The notes: a model not told the origin generated them from the letters alone. Numbered from the whole stretch's first letter, positions 31,982 to 43,453 are shown. The stretch: DNA of 63,989 bases, filler included, from Barthelona sp. PAP020 (GCA_040182905.1; 3 parts of 3 records of this genome joined end to end with filler, not necessarily neighbours in it), one strand, 5' to 3'. Numbers and translations are program-made.

Positions 31982-33679
31982 ATGACTCAAAATCAAATGT
32001 GGACTCATGATTATGCTCCGAATACATTGAAAGAAGTTATTGGACATGATGGACCAAAAAAACGAGTTATTGCTTTCCTCAAGAAGTATATTGAACGGAA
32101 AGTTCAGCCAAAAGATCCAAAAATGATATTATTAAGTGGTGCTCCCGGAATTGGAAAGACTACCACTGCACTTTTGGCATGCAAAGAACTGAATTTAACA
32201 CCATTACACTTTAACGCTTCTGATGTTAGAAGCAAAAACGCAATTAAAGATGTTGTTAGTACGTCTGTACGTAGTCAAAATTTTTTAAGTTTTTTGGACA
32301 CCAAAACTCCTAAAAATACAAATAGAATTCAAAAGTGCTTAATATTAGATGAAATTGATGGCATGTCTTCAGGGGATAGAGGTGGATTACAAGCGGTTTC
32401 CGATATATCAAAAGATTGTCCAGTACCAATTATTTGTATAGCTAATGATGTTTCTTCGCAAAAGATGCGAGATTTCAAAAAAAAATGTGATCATATTCCG
32501 TTTAGAAAACCCAGTAGTGGTGCAATTGCAATTGGCTTGCAAAGAATAGTTAAAAAAATGAAAATACAGTTGGATAAACCCTCTTTGGAAGAATTAGCTG
32601 TCAAAGCCAATTGTGATTTTCGACAATGTTTGAATTCTTTACAAATGCATTCAACAGGAGCAAGTGATTTTGCGGAGAAGAATGTAACATTTCAAGTTGA
32701 TCATGCAATTCAAAGGTTGATGACTCAAATAGGATATTCAACAGAAAATTTAGCTTCTAGATTAGGTCATTATTTCATTGATCCAGATATGGTTCCTTTG
32801 TATGTTCATCAAAATTTACCGAACGTTCTTCCTTTAAACAGCAGAAATAATAAAGAAATAATATTAGACAAGTATGTTGAGGCTTTAGACAGCATTTGTG
32901 AAGGAGACTTGATTGATAGTGTGAAACGTCAAACAATGAATTTTGGTTTAAGTCAAGGTATTGGTTTAATGACTGCAACTTTACCTGGTGATATAATGAG
33001 AGGACAAATGATTGGAAAGATGGATTTTCCCACAATCTTAGGGTTTATTAGCAAATCTAACAAACGACTTCGTTTGTTAAATCAATTACATATTGAACAT
33101 AGACAAATAGGAACGTCATCTAAAAAAGATTTCATTGAATCTACTATCTTTGCATTAAGATTGAAGGTTTATAATCCGTTAGTGGTTAAAAAGAAACTTG
33201 GAATTGATGAATCGGTTGATTTTTGTATCAATAATAACATAATGGCTGAAGACCTTGAATTTATTACTGAACTAAGCAAATATCCCGGTGTTAAAGAGCC
33301 TGTTGTCATGCCTGCTGTCAAAAAAGCTTTCGAAAATGAAATGAGCATCAAATCTAGAGGTTCAGGTGATCCTGATCGAGATTTTGAAATGTTGTTAGAA
33401 ATGCCAAAAGGTATAAAACCAAAAAGGCAAAAAAAGGAACCAACTAAAAAGAAAAATACTGATGCAAAAAATAGAAAAACTCTACCAAAGAAAAACACTT
33501 TAAAAAAAGCGGAAAAACAATTAAAAAAAGAACCTATTATTCTGATCAATGATGATGATTTTGATGATGATGATCAAGATGTTATTTTTGAGGAAGATCA
33601 TGAAAATGATGAACCAAAAAAGTTGAAGAAAAGAACCACCAAAAAACCAAAGAAATTCAAAAAGCAAGTACTCTTTTGA
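31982..33679 (+). CDS. RFC1: Replication factor C large subunit, without BRCT
   Basis: W...YAP, GAPGIGKT, NASD.R and DEIDGMS.GDRGG motifs, RFC1 C-terminal domain and K/D-rich tail. Confidence 0.9.
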   Translation: MTQNQMWTHDYAPNTLKEVIGHDGPKKRVIAFLKKYIERKVQPKDPKMILLSGAPGIGKTTTALLACKELNLTPLHFNASDVRSKNAIKDVVSTSVRSQNFLSFLDTKTPKNTNRIQKCLILDEIDGMSSGDRGGLQAVSDISKDCPVPIICIANDVSSQKMRDFKKKCDHIPFRKPSSGAIAIGLQRIVKKMKIQLDKPSLEELAVKANCDFRQCLNSLQMHSTGASDFAEKNVTFQVDHAIQRLMTQIGYSTENLASRLGHYFIDPDMVPLYVHQNLPNVLPLNSRNNKEIILDKYVEALDSICEGDLIDSVKRQTMNFGLSQGIGLMTATLPGDIMRGQMIGKMDFPTILGFISKSNKRLRLLNQLHIEHRQIGTSSKKDFIESTIFALRLKVYNPLVVKKKLGIDESVDFCINNNIMAEDLEFITELSKYPGVKEPVVMPAVKKAFENEMSIKSRGSGDPDRDFEMLLEMPKGIKPKRQKKEPTKKKNTDAKNRKTLPKKNTLKKAEKQLKKEPIILINDDDFDDDDQDVIFEEDHENDEPKKLKKRTTKKPKKFKKQVLF

Positions 33680-33863
33680 TTGTTTATAAACTGATTTTGA
33701 ATTTTGTTTTTTTTCAAAACACCATTTTTTTGGTTAAAATATTAAAAACAGTTCTTCATCTGCTTATAATAAACACATAAAATATGTTCAATATTTCAAA
33801 AGATTTAAAAATCAATCAAAGACATTTAATTACTTTTTTCAAAACTTGGAAAAGAAAGGAAAG

Positions 33864-35903
33864 ATGATTGAAATTGGATTATTAAATGAAAATAATAGAA
33901 TTGAATTGAAATATAATGAGTTACCTTTGTTTCGAGAATTTTTAAAAGAAATTTGTCATTTGTTTGAGTTTTGTCCACAAGTTTTTACTGTACACGAAAA
34001 AGCTCTGATCACATGTGAAGTTGATTTTCAATTATATTACTTTTCTTGCAAAGCTGCTCAAATTGTTTGTGATTTTGTTATCAAGCCTTTATCACCCTTA
34101 ATTGTTACGGGATTTCGTTGTGCTACTTCAATAAGTAACTCACATAGCAATGTTGAAGATGCCTTAAATCATTGTTTTAAAGAAATAATTACTCAATTGT
34201 ATATTGAACCCACATTTATACTTATCATGGCATCAAATTCTATGGAACCGTCGCAAATAGTTGATTATATGGAAGATAAACATCCTTCAATTCAGTGGAT
34301 GGCAGGAACTACCAGGAATTTTCTTATGAGCAATGAAATATTTGCAGATGGTGGTAATTGTTTGGGAATATTTGCTATATATGATTCTGATGGTGTAGTT
34401 GGTGTTGGTTACTCACATGATATGCACACAATACCATTCATAACAGCCCTTGAATTATCGGCAAAAATTAGACGAAGCACTAAACAATCCAATCCACCCA
34501 CTTGTATTTTAACCTTATGTACCCCTGGTGATGAAAATGATACAATGAAAGCTGTAAGCGATGTTTACGGACCTGACACGTTTGTTTTGGGTGGTAGTGT
34601 TGCAGATAGTGGAACCCTTGATGGAAATTGGTGGGTATGTGGTGGAAAAAATTCGATAGTTCTTGATTCGCAGAATGATAGTGAAAGGAGAATATCTGAT
34701 CGTGGATTAATATTTGCCTGTTTATGGTGTTCCACTCATGTGGATGGAATATCTGATATTGGATTTCATCCTACAGCAAAATCTGGTATCATTACAGAAA
34801 TGGATGGTCCGAGAAAAATTAAAATGATTGATAATGAACCAGCCGCAATTGTTTATAATCGTTGGACTTGTAATGCCATCAAAGATGAGATTGAAAATTA
34901 TCCAGCAAATGTTCTTGAAAAAACCACCCTTCATCCTTTGGGATTGGATATGTCAAATAATGTTGATAGTGATAATGTGTATCAATTAATACATCCTGCA
35001 AATGTAACGGAAGATTTAGGCTTGACACTATTCTGTGACCTTAAGGTAGGTGATGAAATTTGCTGTATGGGTGGCACTAAAAGGCAGTTAACGACCAGAA
35101 TTGTACGATTGAAGAAAGGAATGAAGAGTGTTAGCAGTGGATCATTGATCGTATGGTGTGCTGGTGTTTTGGGAGCTATCGGAACAAAAGCAGCTGTCAA
35201 CACAAGTTCAACACTAGAAAAAATGGTAAGAAAGACTCCTTATTTTATTTTTTTCACATATGGCGAACAGGGATCATTTGTTCAAGATAATGAGAATCTA
35301 CATCGTCATATGAATTTGTCCTTTGTTTCATTGTCATTTAAAATTCCAAATATAATTCCTGGTGAAACGTTTTTATTTGTTTCTACCTCTTGCGTGACAA
35401 AGAATATGTCAAAATTTAAAAAGAGATGTGAATTTGAAAAGAATTACATTGATATTGTTCGTGACATTTTGAGTTATGGAGAGATCTGTGGCAATGAAAT
35501 CAAGTTGGAAGGTGATATGTTTATGATTCATTTCAATCATCCAATTGATTGTATAAAGTTTATTTTGTTGTTGATTGTGAAAAAAAATTTAACATCCACT
35601 TGTGGTTGTAAACAATGTGAAAACGCCAGATTGAAATTCGGATTTTGTCATGGTACTTCACACACCATTGATGACACCACCAATAAGTTAGATTATTTCG
35701 GTACCACAGTCAATAAAGCAGCGAGAATCCATGGATTTGCTAAGTATGGAGAAATATTGACCGATGTTGACACAATAAAGTTTTGCAGAGACACAGAATT
35801 CAATGCTTTCATTGATTCAGAAAAACTAGCAGATGTTGAACTAGTTGGATTGGGTTCCAACGAATTGTTCAAAATCATCCCAAAAATACAAATTACTCGT
35901 TAG
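33864..35903 (+). CDS. FIST-domain protein fused to a class III nucleotidyl cyclase domain
   Basis: FIST motifs (GGSVAD, GFHPT, IDNEPA..VY, C.G, YGEQG..H.N) followed by IKLEGD.FM, KFG.CHG, DYFGTTVNKAARI and GEIL. Confidence 0.85.
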   Translation: MIEIGLLNENNRIELKYNELPLFREFLKEICHLFEFCPQVFTVHEKALITCEVDFQLYYFSCKAAQIVCDFVIKPLSPLIVTGFRCATSISNSHSNVEDALNHCFKEIITQLYIEPTFILIMASNSMEPSQIVDYMEDKHPSIQWMAGTTRNFLMSNEIFADGGNCLGIFAIYDSDGVVGVGYSHDMHTIPFITALELSAKIRRSTKQSNPPTCILTLCTPGDENDTMKAVSDVYGPDTFVLGGSVADSGTLDGNWWVCGGKNSIVLDSQNDSERRISDRGLIFACLWCSTHVDGISDIGFHPTAKSGIITEMDGPRKIKMIDNEPAAIVYNRWTCNAIKDEIENYPANVLEKTTLHPLGLDMSNNVDSDNVYQLIHPANVTEDLGLTLFCDLKVGDEICCMGGTKRQLTTRIVRLKKGMKSVSSGSLIVWCAGVLGAIGTKAAVNTSSTLEKMVRKTPYFIFFTYGEQGSFVQDNENLHRHMNLSFVSLSFKIPNIIPGETFLFVSTSCVTKNMSKFKKRCEFEKNYIDIVRDILSYGEICGNEIKLEGDMFMIHFNHPIDCIKFILLLIVKKNLTSTCGCKQCENARLKFGFCHGTSHTIDDTTNKLDYFGTTVNKAARIHGFAKYGEILTDVDTIKFCRDTEFNAFIDSEKLADVELVGLGSNELFKIIPKIQITR

Positions 35904-36344
35904 ACTATTGTTATATTTGACAATTGAATCAATTATTGTAAAAAGATCCACATATTTTACGTTTTTTTTTGACAAATTTTATTTTTATTTTGTTCTTTTG
36001 AATAGTGCTGGCTGTAAATAACTGATACTAAGCTAGATTAAGATAATATTTCAATTCTATGAAGGATTTATTTTTTGTTGTCAAATAATCTTTTGCTTAT
36101 CAGAGAATTAAATTTTAAAAAGATAGAAATGGGTTTCCTTTTTTTTTTCTGACAAAAAGTAAAAATTCTGAATCTCCATTCTCAAAAATCAAAGCGTGTT
36201 TTTTATTTTTTGTTGGTGTTCCCAAATTTGTAAAATTCTCAACATTTTTCCAACATTGGAAATAATGTGGATGGATAAATAAGGACTGAAAATTGAATAA
36301 AAATTTATTTTTGGAAAGTTTTTTTTTTGATTTTAACTTTAATT

Positions 36345-38168
36345 ATGGGTTGTTTTGGTTCTAAAGGAGTTGAGCCAATAGTTGAAGATTTAGAACTATA
36401 TACTTACAAAGATTATTTGGAAACACAATCAAATGGGGCATTTTTTGAAATATTACCATTGATTGTTGATAATGATCCTGATTACGATTGGATTGAATAT
36501 ATGGATGGAAAATTGACTTTATTTGATGTTCGAGGATTAAGTTCCGCACTTTCTTTAAATCATAGTTTGAAAATATTAATTTTAAAGAATTCTTCATTAA
36601 CTGACAAACATATTACTTTATTGGCTAAGGGAATAGCTGATAATTCAAATTTGACAGTTTTAAATTTGTCAAATAATCCTTTTTCAAATGCTTCATTTAT
36701 GAAATTAATAGACAGCTTGATGTCACACCCTGAGTTGAACGTTTTAGATGTGTCTAAAACAAATATTCATGGACATGAAGCAGGACAGAGTTTGGCCACA
36801 ATTTTACAAAAGAAATTTTGTCAGATAACCGAATTGAATCTTGGAAATTGTAATTTGCGAGATAGTGGTATTAATGCGTTGTGTGATGGCATACAATTAA
36901 ATGATTCTTTGGATTCTATTGATATTTCAAACAATGATTTTGGATCTAGTGTTGCAGACGTTTTAGGAGAAGCAATTAGCTTGCATCCTAAGCTTCAAGT
37001 TGTGAATCTAGCGAACAATCGTCTATTTGCTGGTGAAAATGCAATGTTTTTATTTGCAAATCATTTTAGTCATACGCAAAGTCAAATAACAACTTGGAAT
37101 CTTACAAATACTTGTATTTCAGATGATATTTTTATGAATTTTTTTGATTGCATTTATTTATCAAATTATAAAGTTGTTCATACCCTTTTATTGGGTGAAA
37201 ATCGTATTGGAGATGTTAGTGCATGTAAAATCTACACAGCATTTCATCATTTATGTGCGAATCATTGTACAATGCAAGATACCCTTGAAACAATTGCTTC
37301 ATCATGGAATTCACCAGATAATTTATTATTGCACACATTAGATTTATCAAACACTGATATAACAAAGGAAGGAAGTAGAGTTTTGGGCATGTTACTGAGA
37401 GTAAACGCTGAAATTCACAATTTGTTATTGGAGAACAACAAATTAGATGATGTTGTGTTGGATAATTTTTCACATTATCTTTTATACAACACAAATCTAG
37501 AACAAATATCTTTTTCTGGCTGTATGTTTGATTCAACTTCAATCAAAAATTTTTTGATGCATTTACCTTCTATCTCTAATTTGGTAGATGTTAATTTTTC
37601 AAATTGTAACTTAGTAGACTTATCTTTTGTTGCTGAAAATTTTAAATGTCGGAAAATTCAGAAAATAAACTTTTCAAAGAATATCTTTAACCCTAGTAAC
37701 ATCGCAATGTTTTTTGAAAATATTTATAAGTTTGACAGCTTATTTGTTTTGGATTTGAGCTATTGCAATATAAAAGATAGTGATCTGATTGATATGGCAG
37801 TTGTCAGTAAAAATAATGAGTTTTTCTTGCAAGAATTAAATTTGGATGGGAACTTGATTTCTTCTTCAATTGATTTAATTGAAAGTTTGAAAGAATTTTT
37901 AACAATTCAAAAATCGTTGATAAAATTGTCCCTCAATAGCAATTTCAATATTAATAACGTTGAAAACATTGAAAAGTTATTGGATTGTATGGAAAATTCA
38001 AGTATTGAAATATTGGAACTGAATCATTCAGGAATTGATTTTGTTCAGTTGGAGAAAAAACAAAGTCCTGTAATTAAGAGGATTACAGAGAAAATAAATA
38101 ATCTTAATGAAATTAGAGAAGTGAATGGTGTTGAACCTTTCGAATTAGTCACTGAAATTCCTTTGTAG
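36345..38168 (+). CDS. RI-like leucine-rich repeat protein with predicted N-acylation
   Basis: MGCFGSK start (myristoyl/palmitoyl motif) and repeated L..L.L..N motifs. Confidence 0.88.
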   Translation: MGCFGSKGVEPIVEDLELYTYKDYLETQSNGAFFEILPLIVDNDPDYDWIEYMDGKLTLFDVRGLSSALSLNHSLKILILKNSSLTDKHITLLAKGIADNSNLTVLNLSNNPFSNASFMKLIDSLMSHPELNVLDVSKTNIHGHEAGQSLATILQKKFCQITELNLGNCNLRDSGINALCDGIQLNDSLDSIDISNNDFGSSVADVLGEAISLHPKLQVVNLANNRLFAGENAMFLFANHFSHTQSQITTWNLTNTCISDDIFMNFFDCIYLSNYKVVHTLLLGENRIGDVSACKIYTAFHHLCANHCTMQDTLETIASSWNSPDNLLLHTLDLSNTDITKEGSRVLGMLLRVNAEIHNLLLENNKLDDVVLDNFSHYLLYNTNLEQISFSGCMFDSTSIKNFLMHLPSISNLVDVNFSNCNLVDLSFVAENFKCRKIQKINFSKNIFNPSNIAMFFENIYKFDSLFVLDLSYCNIKDSDLIDMAVVSKNNEFFLQELNLDGNLISSSIDLIESLKEFLTIQKSLIKLSLNSNFNINNVENIEKLLDCMENSSIEILELNHSGIDFVQLEKKQSPVIKRITEKINNLNEIREVNGVEPFELVTEIPL

Positions 38169-38289
38169 AAAGTAGTTTCTTTTTTATTGAATTGATGAAT
38201 TAATGTATGGTGTTAATGTTTTCCTGAGTGTACTGTTATTTAGATAAATAAATGTTTATTTTGTTATTGTTTCCAATTACTTTTACTGT

Positions 38290-38905
38290 CTCCATTTCAA
38301 GAAGCTCCACGCAATTGAATGAATGAGAAAGAACATTTTTTGTTTGAAAAATGTCTGTCAAAGACCAGCTAATCTGTGGAAAGTTTTGACTTCATCAAAG
38401 TGAAAGTTAAACTTTTAAAATTTTGATTCAGCAAACATGAAAAGAGAAACATGAACAACACTATTTTCCTCACTTTCATATTTGATGGTTATCCTTATTA
38501 TTGAGTCCCTTCAAACTTGTTTTAGAGTTTTGAAGGATAGTTGAAATTTGTGTTTTCTCTCTCATTTGACAAATATGATTTATTTCCAAGCCAAGAAGCA
38601 CTGTGCGTGTGCGTAACATAAAAGAATAATGTTTATTTGGTTAAAGGCTTTCGAGGCCTGAATGATCTGCTGAAATACTTTGGATTTTCTGAGGTAAAGT
38701 GTAAACTTTAAAATTTTACTTTTGCAAAAATCCAAAGAAGAAGGAATGAAGAATTTCTCCAAAATTCTCCTTCTTGATCGTAAAAATTACATTTCAATCC
38801 GCCAATTCACCCTCCCTCTGGGGTTTTGACAGAAATTTCCTAGAATGAGTTTTCGCGTTTATTTTCTTTGTAAATAAAAACAATTGTTTCACAACTGGAC
38901 CAATT
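38290..38905 (+). repeat. ~320-bp dispersed repeat: degenerate copy (~38290-38520) followed by an intact copy (38581-38905)
   Basis: Intact copy is colinear with 22947-23272 and has the same termini. Confidence 0.88.
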
Positions 38906-39048
38906 ACTAATAAAATCCTTGAATATTAAGTTTTGCTAATTATTTTTTTTTTTGTTCTGTTCATTTAGGCATATGCTCATCAGGTTTTTCTCCATTTTTC
39001 TCCTCAAAAAGAAGAGGACAACAAAAAAATTGCAGACTTCATTGCTAT

Positions 39049-40518
39049 TTATTGTTTGTGTGCACCCGTTCCAGTAATCTTTACTGCAGTTTTTTTATAT
39101 TCTCTTAACTGTTCTGCCAACATCTTAACATCTTTGAGAATCTCTTCTTTGTTCAAAGTTGAAAATTCGTAATCATCTTTCAAAATAACACCATTAGCCA
39201 CAACATATTGAACTTCAGAACCATCAGAAGCCCAAATTAAATTCTCCGCAATATTATCAATATGTGATGGTATTAAATTTGGTCTAGATGTGTCAATTAA
39301 CACAAAATCGGCATCCATACCACTCTTTAAAGAACCACAATTCAGACCATAAAATGAAGCCGGTATTCTAGTGATCATTTCCAAACACTGAATTGCTGGT
39401 AATATGGAAGGATCTGCATAAATACCTCTTTGATATTGGGACGCCGCTCTTGCAGCAGCTAAAATATTTTGATTATCAGCAGAACCACTACCATCTGTAG
39501 AAATTGCAATGGGTATTCCCATTTTCATCATTTTGGGTATATCTGGGACACCATCCCCAAGGATAGTGTTGGCGAGTGGATTGTGAACTATTTTTGTGCC
39601 TGTTTTTTTTATTAATTCAAGGTCATGATCTGTGCTGTTTACTTGATGAGCCAAGACAGTATTTGAGTCTAAAAATCCATTTTCATATGCGTATTCAACA
39701 GGAGTTTGACCATATGTTTCTTTAAACCATCTTGTTGTGTTTGGCTCCTCTGAAGAATGACAATGAACAAGAGTATTATGTTTATTCGCCCATTCTTTTT
39801 GCACTTTTAGCATGTCAGGTCCATTAGAAAATAATTGATCAGGTCCAGGAATAATCCAAGTATGTTCAGCTTCCTGAGATAATTCAATCCATTTGTCAAG
39901 ACGTTTGATAACTTCAGCTGGTGTATCCAATATTCTGGGATCATGATGTCTATCTTGACTGCCAACTGCAACAATCATTTTTGTTCCGGCCATTTCGTTA
40001 GCCGTAACAATATCAGGAACATAATATTTATTATGATTGCAGAAATGCACACAACAAGAAGTCGCGCCATAATAAATATTGTCAATTCTTGCTTTGAGAT
40101 ATGCAACTAAATTAGGAGATTTACCAAAGAGTTCAGTGAGTTCTTCACGTCGTTCATTCATCATTCCAGCAAATACGTTCACTGCTTCATCCAACCACAC
40201 CGTAAGGGGCACATCTTTCGCTGTTCCAATAATACAAGATTCATCATCATGTCCATGGGCAATAACAAAACTTGGCAAAAGGCAAGCGTCCAATTGAGGG
40301 ATAGTTTTGTTGTCAGGAGAACCCAAAATATATGGATTCGCAAATTTGTTCAACAATTGTCTTCCAATTTCTTCAGTGAACTGTCCAACTTCAATAATTT
40401 TATCTTTCTCACAAACTATATATCCATCTTCAATCCTTGTTTCAACATTAATGTCAGGATTGATTGGAAGCAAGTATTTTGCTCGTGCAATTAAATAATT
40501 ACCTGGGTATGAAAGCAT
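39049..40518 (-). CDS. Amidohydrolase superfamily deaminase (MTA/SAH or guanine deaminase-like)
   Basis: HGH, HCHSSE, AHQV, HNP.AN, STDG.GS and G.L..G.DAD motifs. Confidence 0.88.
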   Translation of the reverse strand: MLSYPGNYLIARAKYLLPINPDINVETRIEDGYIVCEKDKIIEVGQFTEEIGRQLLNKFANPYILGSPDNKTIPQLDACLLPSFVIAHGHDDESCIIGTAKDVPLTVWLDEAVNVFAGMMNERREELTELFGKSPNLVAYLKARIDNIYYGATSCCVHFCNHNKYYVPDIVTANEMAGTKMIVAVGSQDRHHDPRILDTPAEVIKRLDKWIELSQEAEHTWIIPGPDQLFSNGPDMLKVQKEWANKHNTLVHCHSSEEPNTTRWFKETYGQTPVEYAYENGFLDSNTVLAHQVNSTDHDLELIKKTGTKIVHNPLANTILGDGVPDIPKMMKMGIPIAISTDGSGSADNQNILAAARAASQYQRGIYADPSILPAIQCLEMITRIPASFYGLNCGSLKSGMDADFVLIDTSRPNLIPSHIDNIAENLIWASDGSEVQYVVANGVILKDDYEFSTLNKEEILKDVKMLAEQLREYKKTAVKITGTGAHKQ

Positions 40519-40713
40519 ATTATTGATAAATTAATTTTAAAGTCAAGAATTGATCTCATTGACTTTGACTTCAGGAAATAACTTCTGAGAATCATTTTTT
40601 TTTACAGTTTTTCTTCTTTTTCTTTTGAAAAGATTATCAATTGAAAGAAAAAAAAAGACATGTTTATAAAGACTACAAAAATTGAATTGATTGATAGAAA
40701 TGGAAAATGGAAA

Positions 40714-41133
40714 TTATAGAACAGGTTCATCATCTCCACCAAAATCTGATTCTAGACCGTCCAGACCATCATCATCATCAAAAAAATTGTTGGCATAATC
40801 GCCATCACCCATATCTTCTTCCTCAGGCTCATCTACTGGATTTTCACCTGATTCTTCATCTTCGTTCTCTTCAACATCACCATACACACGATGTGATTGA
40901 CGATATTGAGTGGAATGAATTGACGTATTTTCAACAATTTCTTTGGAAAAATATGGATATTTTTTGCAAGAATCATCAATATCTTGTATGAATTTCATTG
41001 AGCGAACTTTTGTATACATTCCATTGTCCCAATTTTCAAGATCAAAATTGAATCGGGATAGTTTTTGTTTAACTTCATTGTTAAAATGACTTTTGAAATC
41101 AATGTTGTCGCTATTTGAATCGTCAAAAGACAT
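40714..41133 (-). CDS. RNA polymerase III subunit Rpc31/RPC7-like
   Basis: YF.KEI motif and acidic tail with DY.NNFFD. ATG at 41133. Confidence 0.6.
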   Translation of the reverse strand: MSFDDSNSDNIDFKSHFNNEVKQKLSRFNFDLENWDNGMYTKVRSMKFIQDIDDSCKKYPYFSKEIVENTSIHSTQYRQSHRVYGDVEENEDEESGENPVDEPEEEDMGDGDYANNFFDDDDGLDGLESDFGGDDEPVL

Positions 41134-41492
41134 TAATTCGAAAAAAAAAAAGAGAAACAATCTTGTTCTTTTTTCAACCACAAAATGCTGTTTTCTTTAT
41201 TTGACAATACATTGATAATATTATCATGTGGATTTTTTTGATATTTTGGAATTTCTAGGTAAAAATAATTTTTGTGAATATTTATTCAATCAAACAATTC
41301 TGCAGTTCTGTCATTTATATATTGATCAAAAATTTAGGAAATAAATCAAAGAAATGAAACACAAAAAACAAGACATTTTGCAAATGTGGACAAAATATGT
41401 GATAAAAGAGCTGCTTAATAATAACAATAATAATAATGATAACTATGATAACAATAAGATTAAATTCAATGAAGTAATTTTCTTTTATTTGT

Positions 41493-43049
41493 ATGATATC
41501 TTTGAAGATTGGTTCAGTAATTTTTATATTTTTAGGGATATTTTACATAATTACAACTCCAATTAAACCATATGGCATTGAAAATGTGGAAAAACCAATA
41601 TCTGGAGAATATGTTCATGATTTTATCGAAACCGTTTTAAAAATCAGCAATCAAAATAGTACCCAAGATCAAAGTAATGTTATTTATGAATTTACAAGAA
41701 AGAAAGTTAGATATTTGATTGAATCTGTTTTGTTGTCAAATGGTTTCGAAAAGAATCAAATAAGCTTTCAAACATTTAATCATTATGATTATCGGGCAGA
41801 AAATCGTTTATCTATGGTTTACAATTATTATGGAGAGAATATATTAATTTGGTCCAATTCTAGTGTAATTCCAAACGCAAAAATTAAAGTTTTTATGGCA
41901 CATTATGATACTCAAGGTTGGGGCAATGGAAATTATACTGGTGTATATGATAATTTGGTTGCTGCTACAGGATTGATTGGAATTGCACAGTGGATACATC
42001 ACGTGAACATTGATCAACCTTATTTAATTCTTTTAACTGATCAGTCAATTCCTGGATTACTTGGTTGGAAAGCGTTTGTCAAAGACCATTGGTTGGGAAA
42101 ATGTGGGTGTAACTGTATTGATTTTATTTTTAATGTTCAAAAAATTGGAAGAAATAATGAAATATTTTTGCATAGAGATCCATTAAGCAATATACCAATG
42201 ACTTCCACACTTTTAAAAAGCCTATTAGTTTTATCAAGTGAAACACTTCCAATATACATAGAAGATAAACATTCTATTTCGTCTTTAACAAAACAACTCC
42301 GTTTTTTCAATGAAAATGATTCAGATTCCTTTTTAAACTCTTGTTCATTTGATGAATGCCCAATTTTTACAGTTTCAGATTCTAGTAATAAAAATGACGC
42401 AAAAGAAGTATTGAATGATGATGATGTGTTAAATAACGTCAATTTCAACCATGTAGAATTAATTTTAGCATTGCTTTGCAAATTCATTGTTTCTCAAACA
42501 GTTTCCGATGATACTAACTCCCCTTTTTATTTTTTTAAAAGAATCAGCCATTATTTACATTTCATGAATAAATTTTTTTGGTATTTAATCCCAGCCACAA
42601 AAAAAAATCTAATTTTTTCTGGTCAGATAAGTTTTTCTGGAACTTTTTCATTTTTATTAAGTATCTTTCTTCTCTATCTTTGTTGTGTTAAAGTGTGCTA
42701 TCTTGTGGATACGTTGGTCATTCAATGTAAAAAACGGTTAAGATTATTACTGTTGAGGCTAGTTGTTCTTCATTTTTTGCTCATTTTTTTATTAACATTT
42801 AATTTTCCGAACATTTCATTGATTGTTCATTTTTTCACTTTTCCTGCTTTGTACACATTAAATTATCCATATTTATCTTTTATTTTTTCAATTGGTACAG
42901 TTACTGCTTGTTTAAATTTTATTCTTTCCATTTTAAAAGTAGTTGCAATTTCAAACAAAGTATTGAGTGTCTTTAGTATCATTGTTTTTCACCTTTTGAT
43001 GGTTTTTTTCTATTCTTCGTTAAATCTTTTTAAGTTGAAGAAAATTTAA
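41493..43049 (+). CDS. M28 peptidase-like membrane protein (ERMP1/Pff1-like), degenerate
   Basis: N-terminal TM, AHYD and GVYDN motifs, TDQS where xEE is expected, C-terminal TM helices. Confidence 0.7.
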   Translation: MISLKIGSVIFIFLGIFYIITTPIKPYGIENVEKPISGEYVHDFIETVLKISNQNSTQDQSNVIYEFTRKKVRYLIESVLLSNGFEKNQISFQTFNHYDYRAENRLSMVYNYYGENILIWSNSSVIPNAKIKVFMAHYDTQGWGNGNYTGVYDNLVAATGLIGIAQWIHHVNIDQPYLILLTDQSIPGLLGWKAFVKDHWLGKCGCNCIDFIFNVQKIGRNNEIFLHRDPLSNIPMTSTLLKSLLVLSSETLPIYIEDKHSISSLTKQLRFFNENDSDSFLNSCSFDECPIFTVSDSSNKNDAKEVLNDDDVLNNVNFNHVELILALLCKFIVSQTVSDDTNSPFYFFKRISHYLHFMNKFFWYLIPATKKNLIFSGQISFSGTFSFLLSIFLLYLCCVKVCYLVDTLVIQCKKRLRLLLLRLVVLHFLLIFLLTFNFPNISLIVHFFTFPALYTLNYPYLSFIFSIGTVTACLNFILSILKVVAISNKVLSVFSIIVFHLLMVFFYSSLNLFKLKKI

Positions 43050-43453
43050 GCTTTCTTTTGTGTTGAAATTCTCTCTGAATGAAAAAAAATAATACAAACA
43101 TTTCCTTTTTTATTTATTTTTAATCTTAATTCAGTTTTTATAAAAACTCATTCATCAATTAGTATTTTTATCCATCACATTCATTTCAATTTTTATTTTT
43201 ATCTTTAAAAGAACATGAATGTATTTTGATGTGAAACAGTAAAGAAATTGACACTTCAATGTGAAGTCTTGTTAGAATTTTTTTTTTGTTGGCAAAATGA
43301 ATAAAAACACAGACAAAAGGTCCTTTTTTTTGACAAGGTTGATAGTTGGAAAAAAAGAATACACAACCTTTGCCCAAATTGGTTTGAACAAAAAAAATTG
43401 CCTTTAAAATGTTTCCAGATTTTTTCTTTTGAAATAGCAAAATTCAAAATTAA

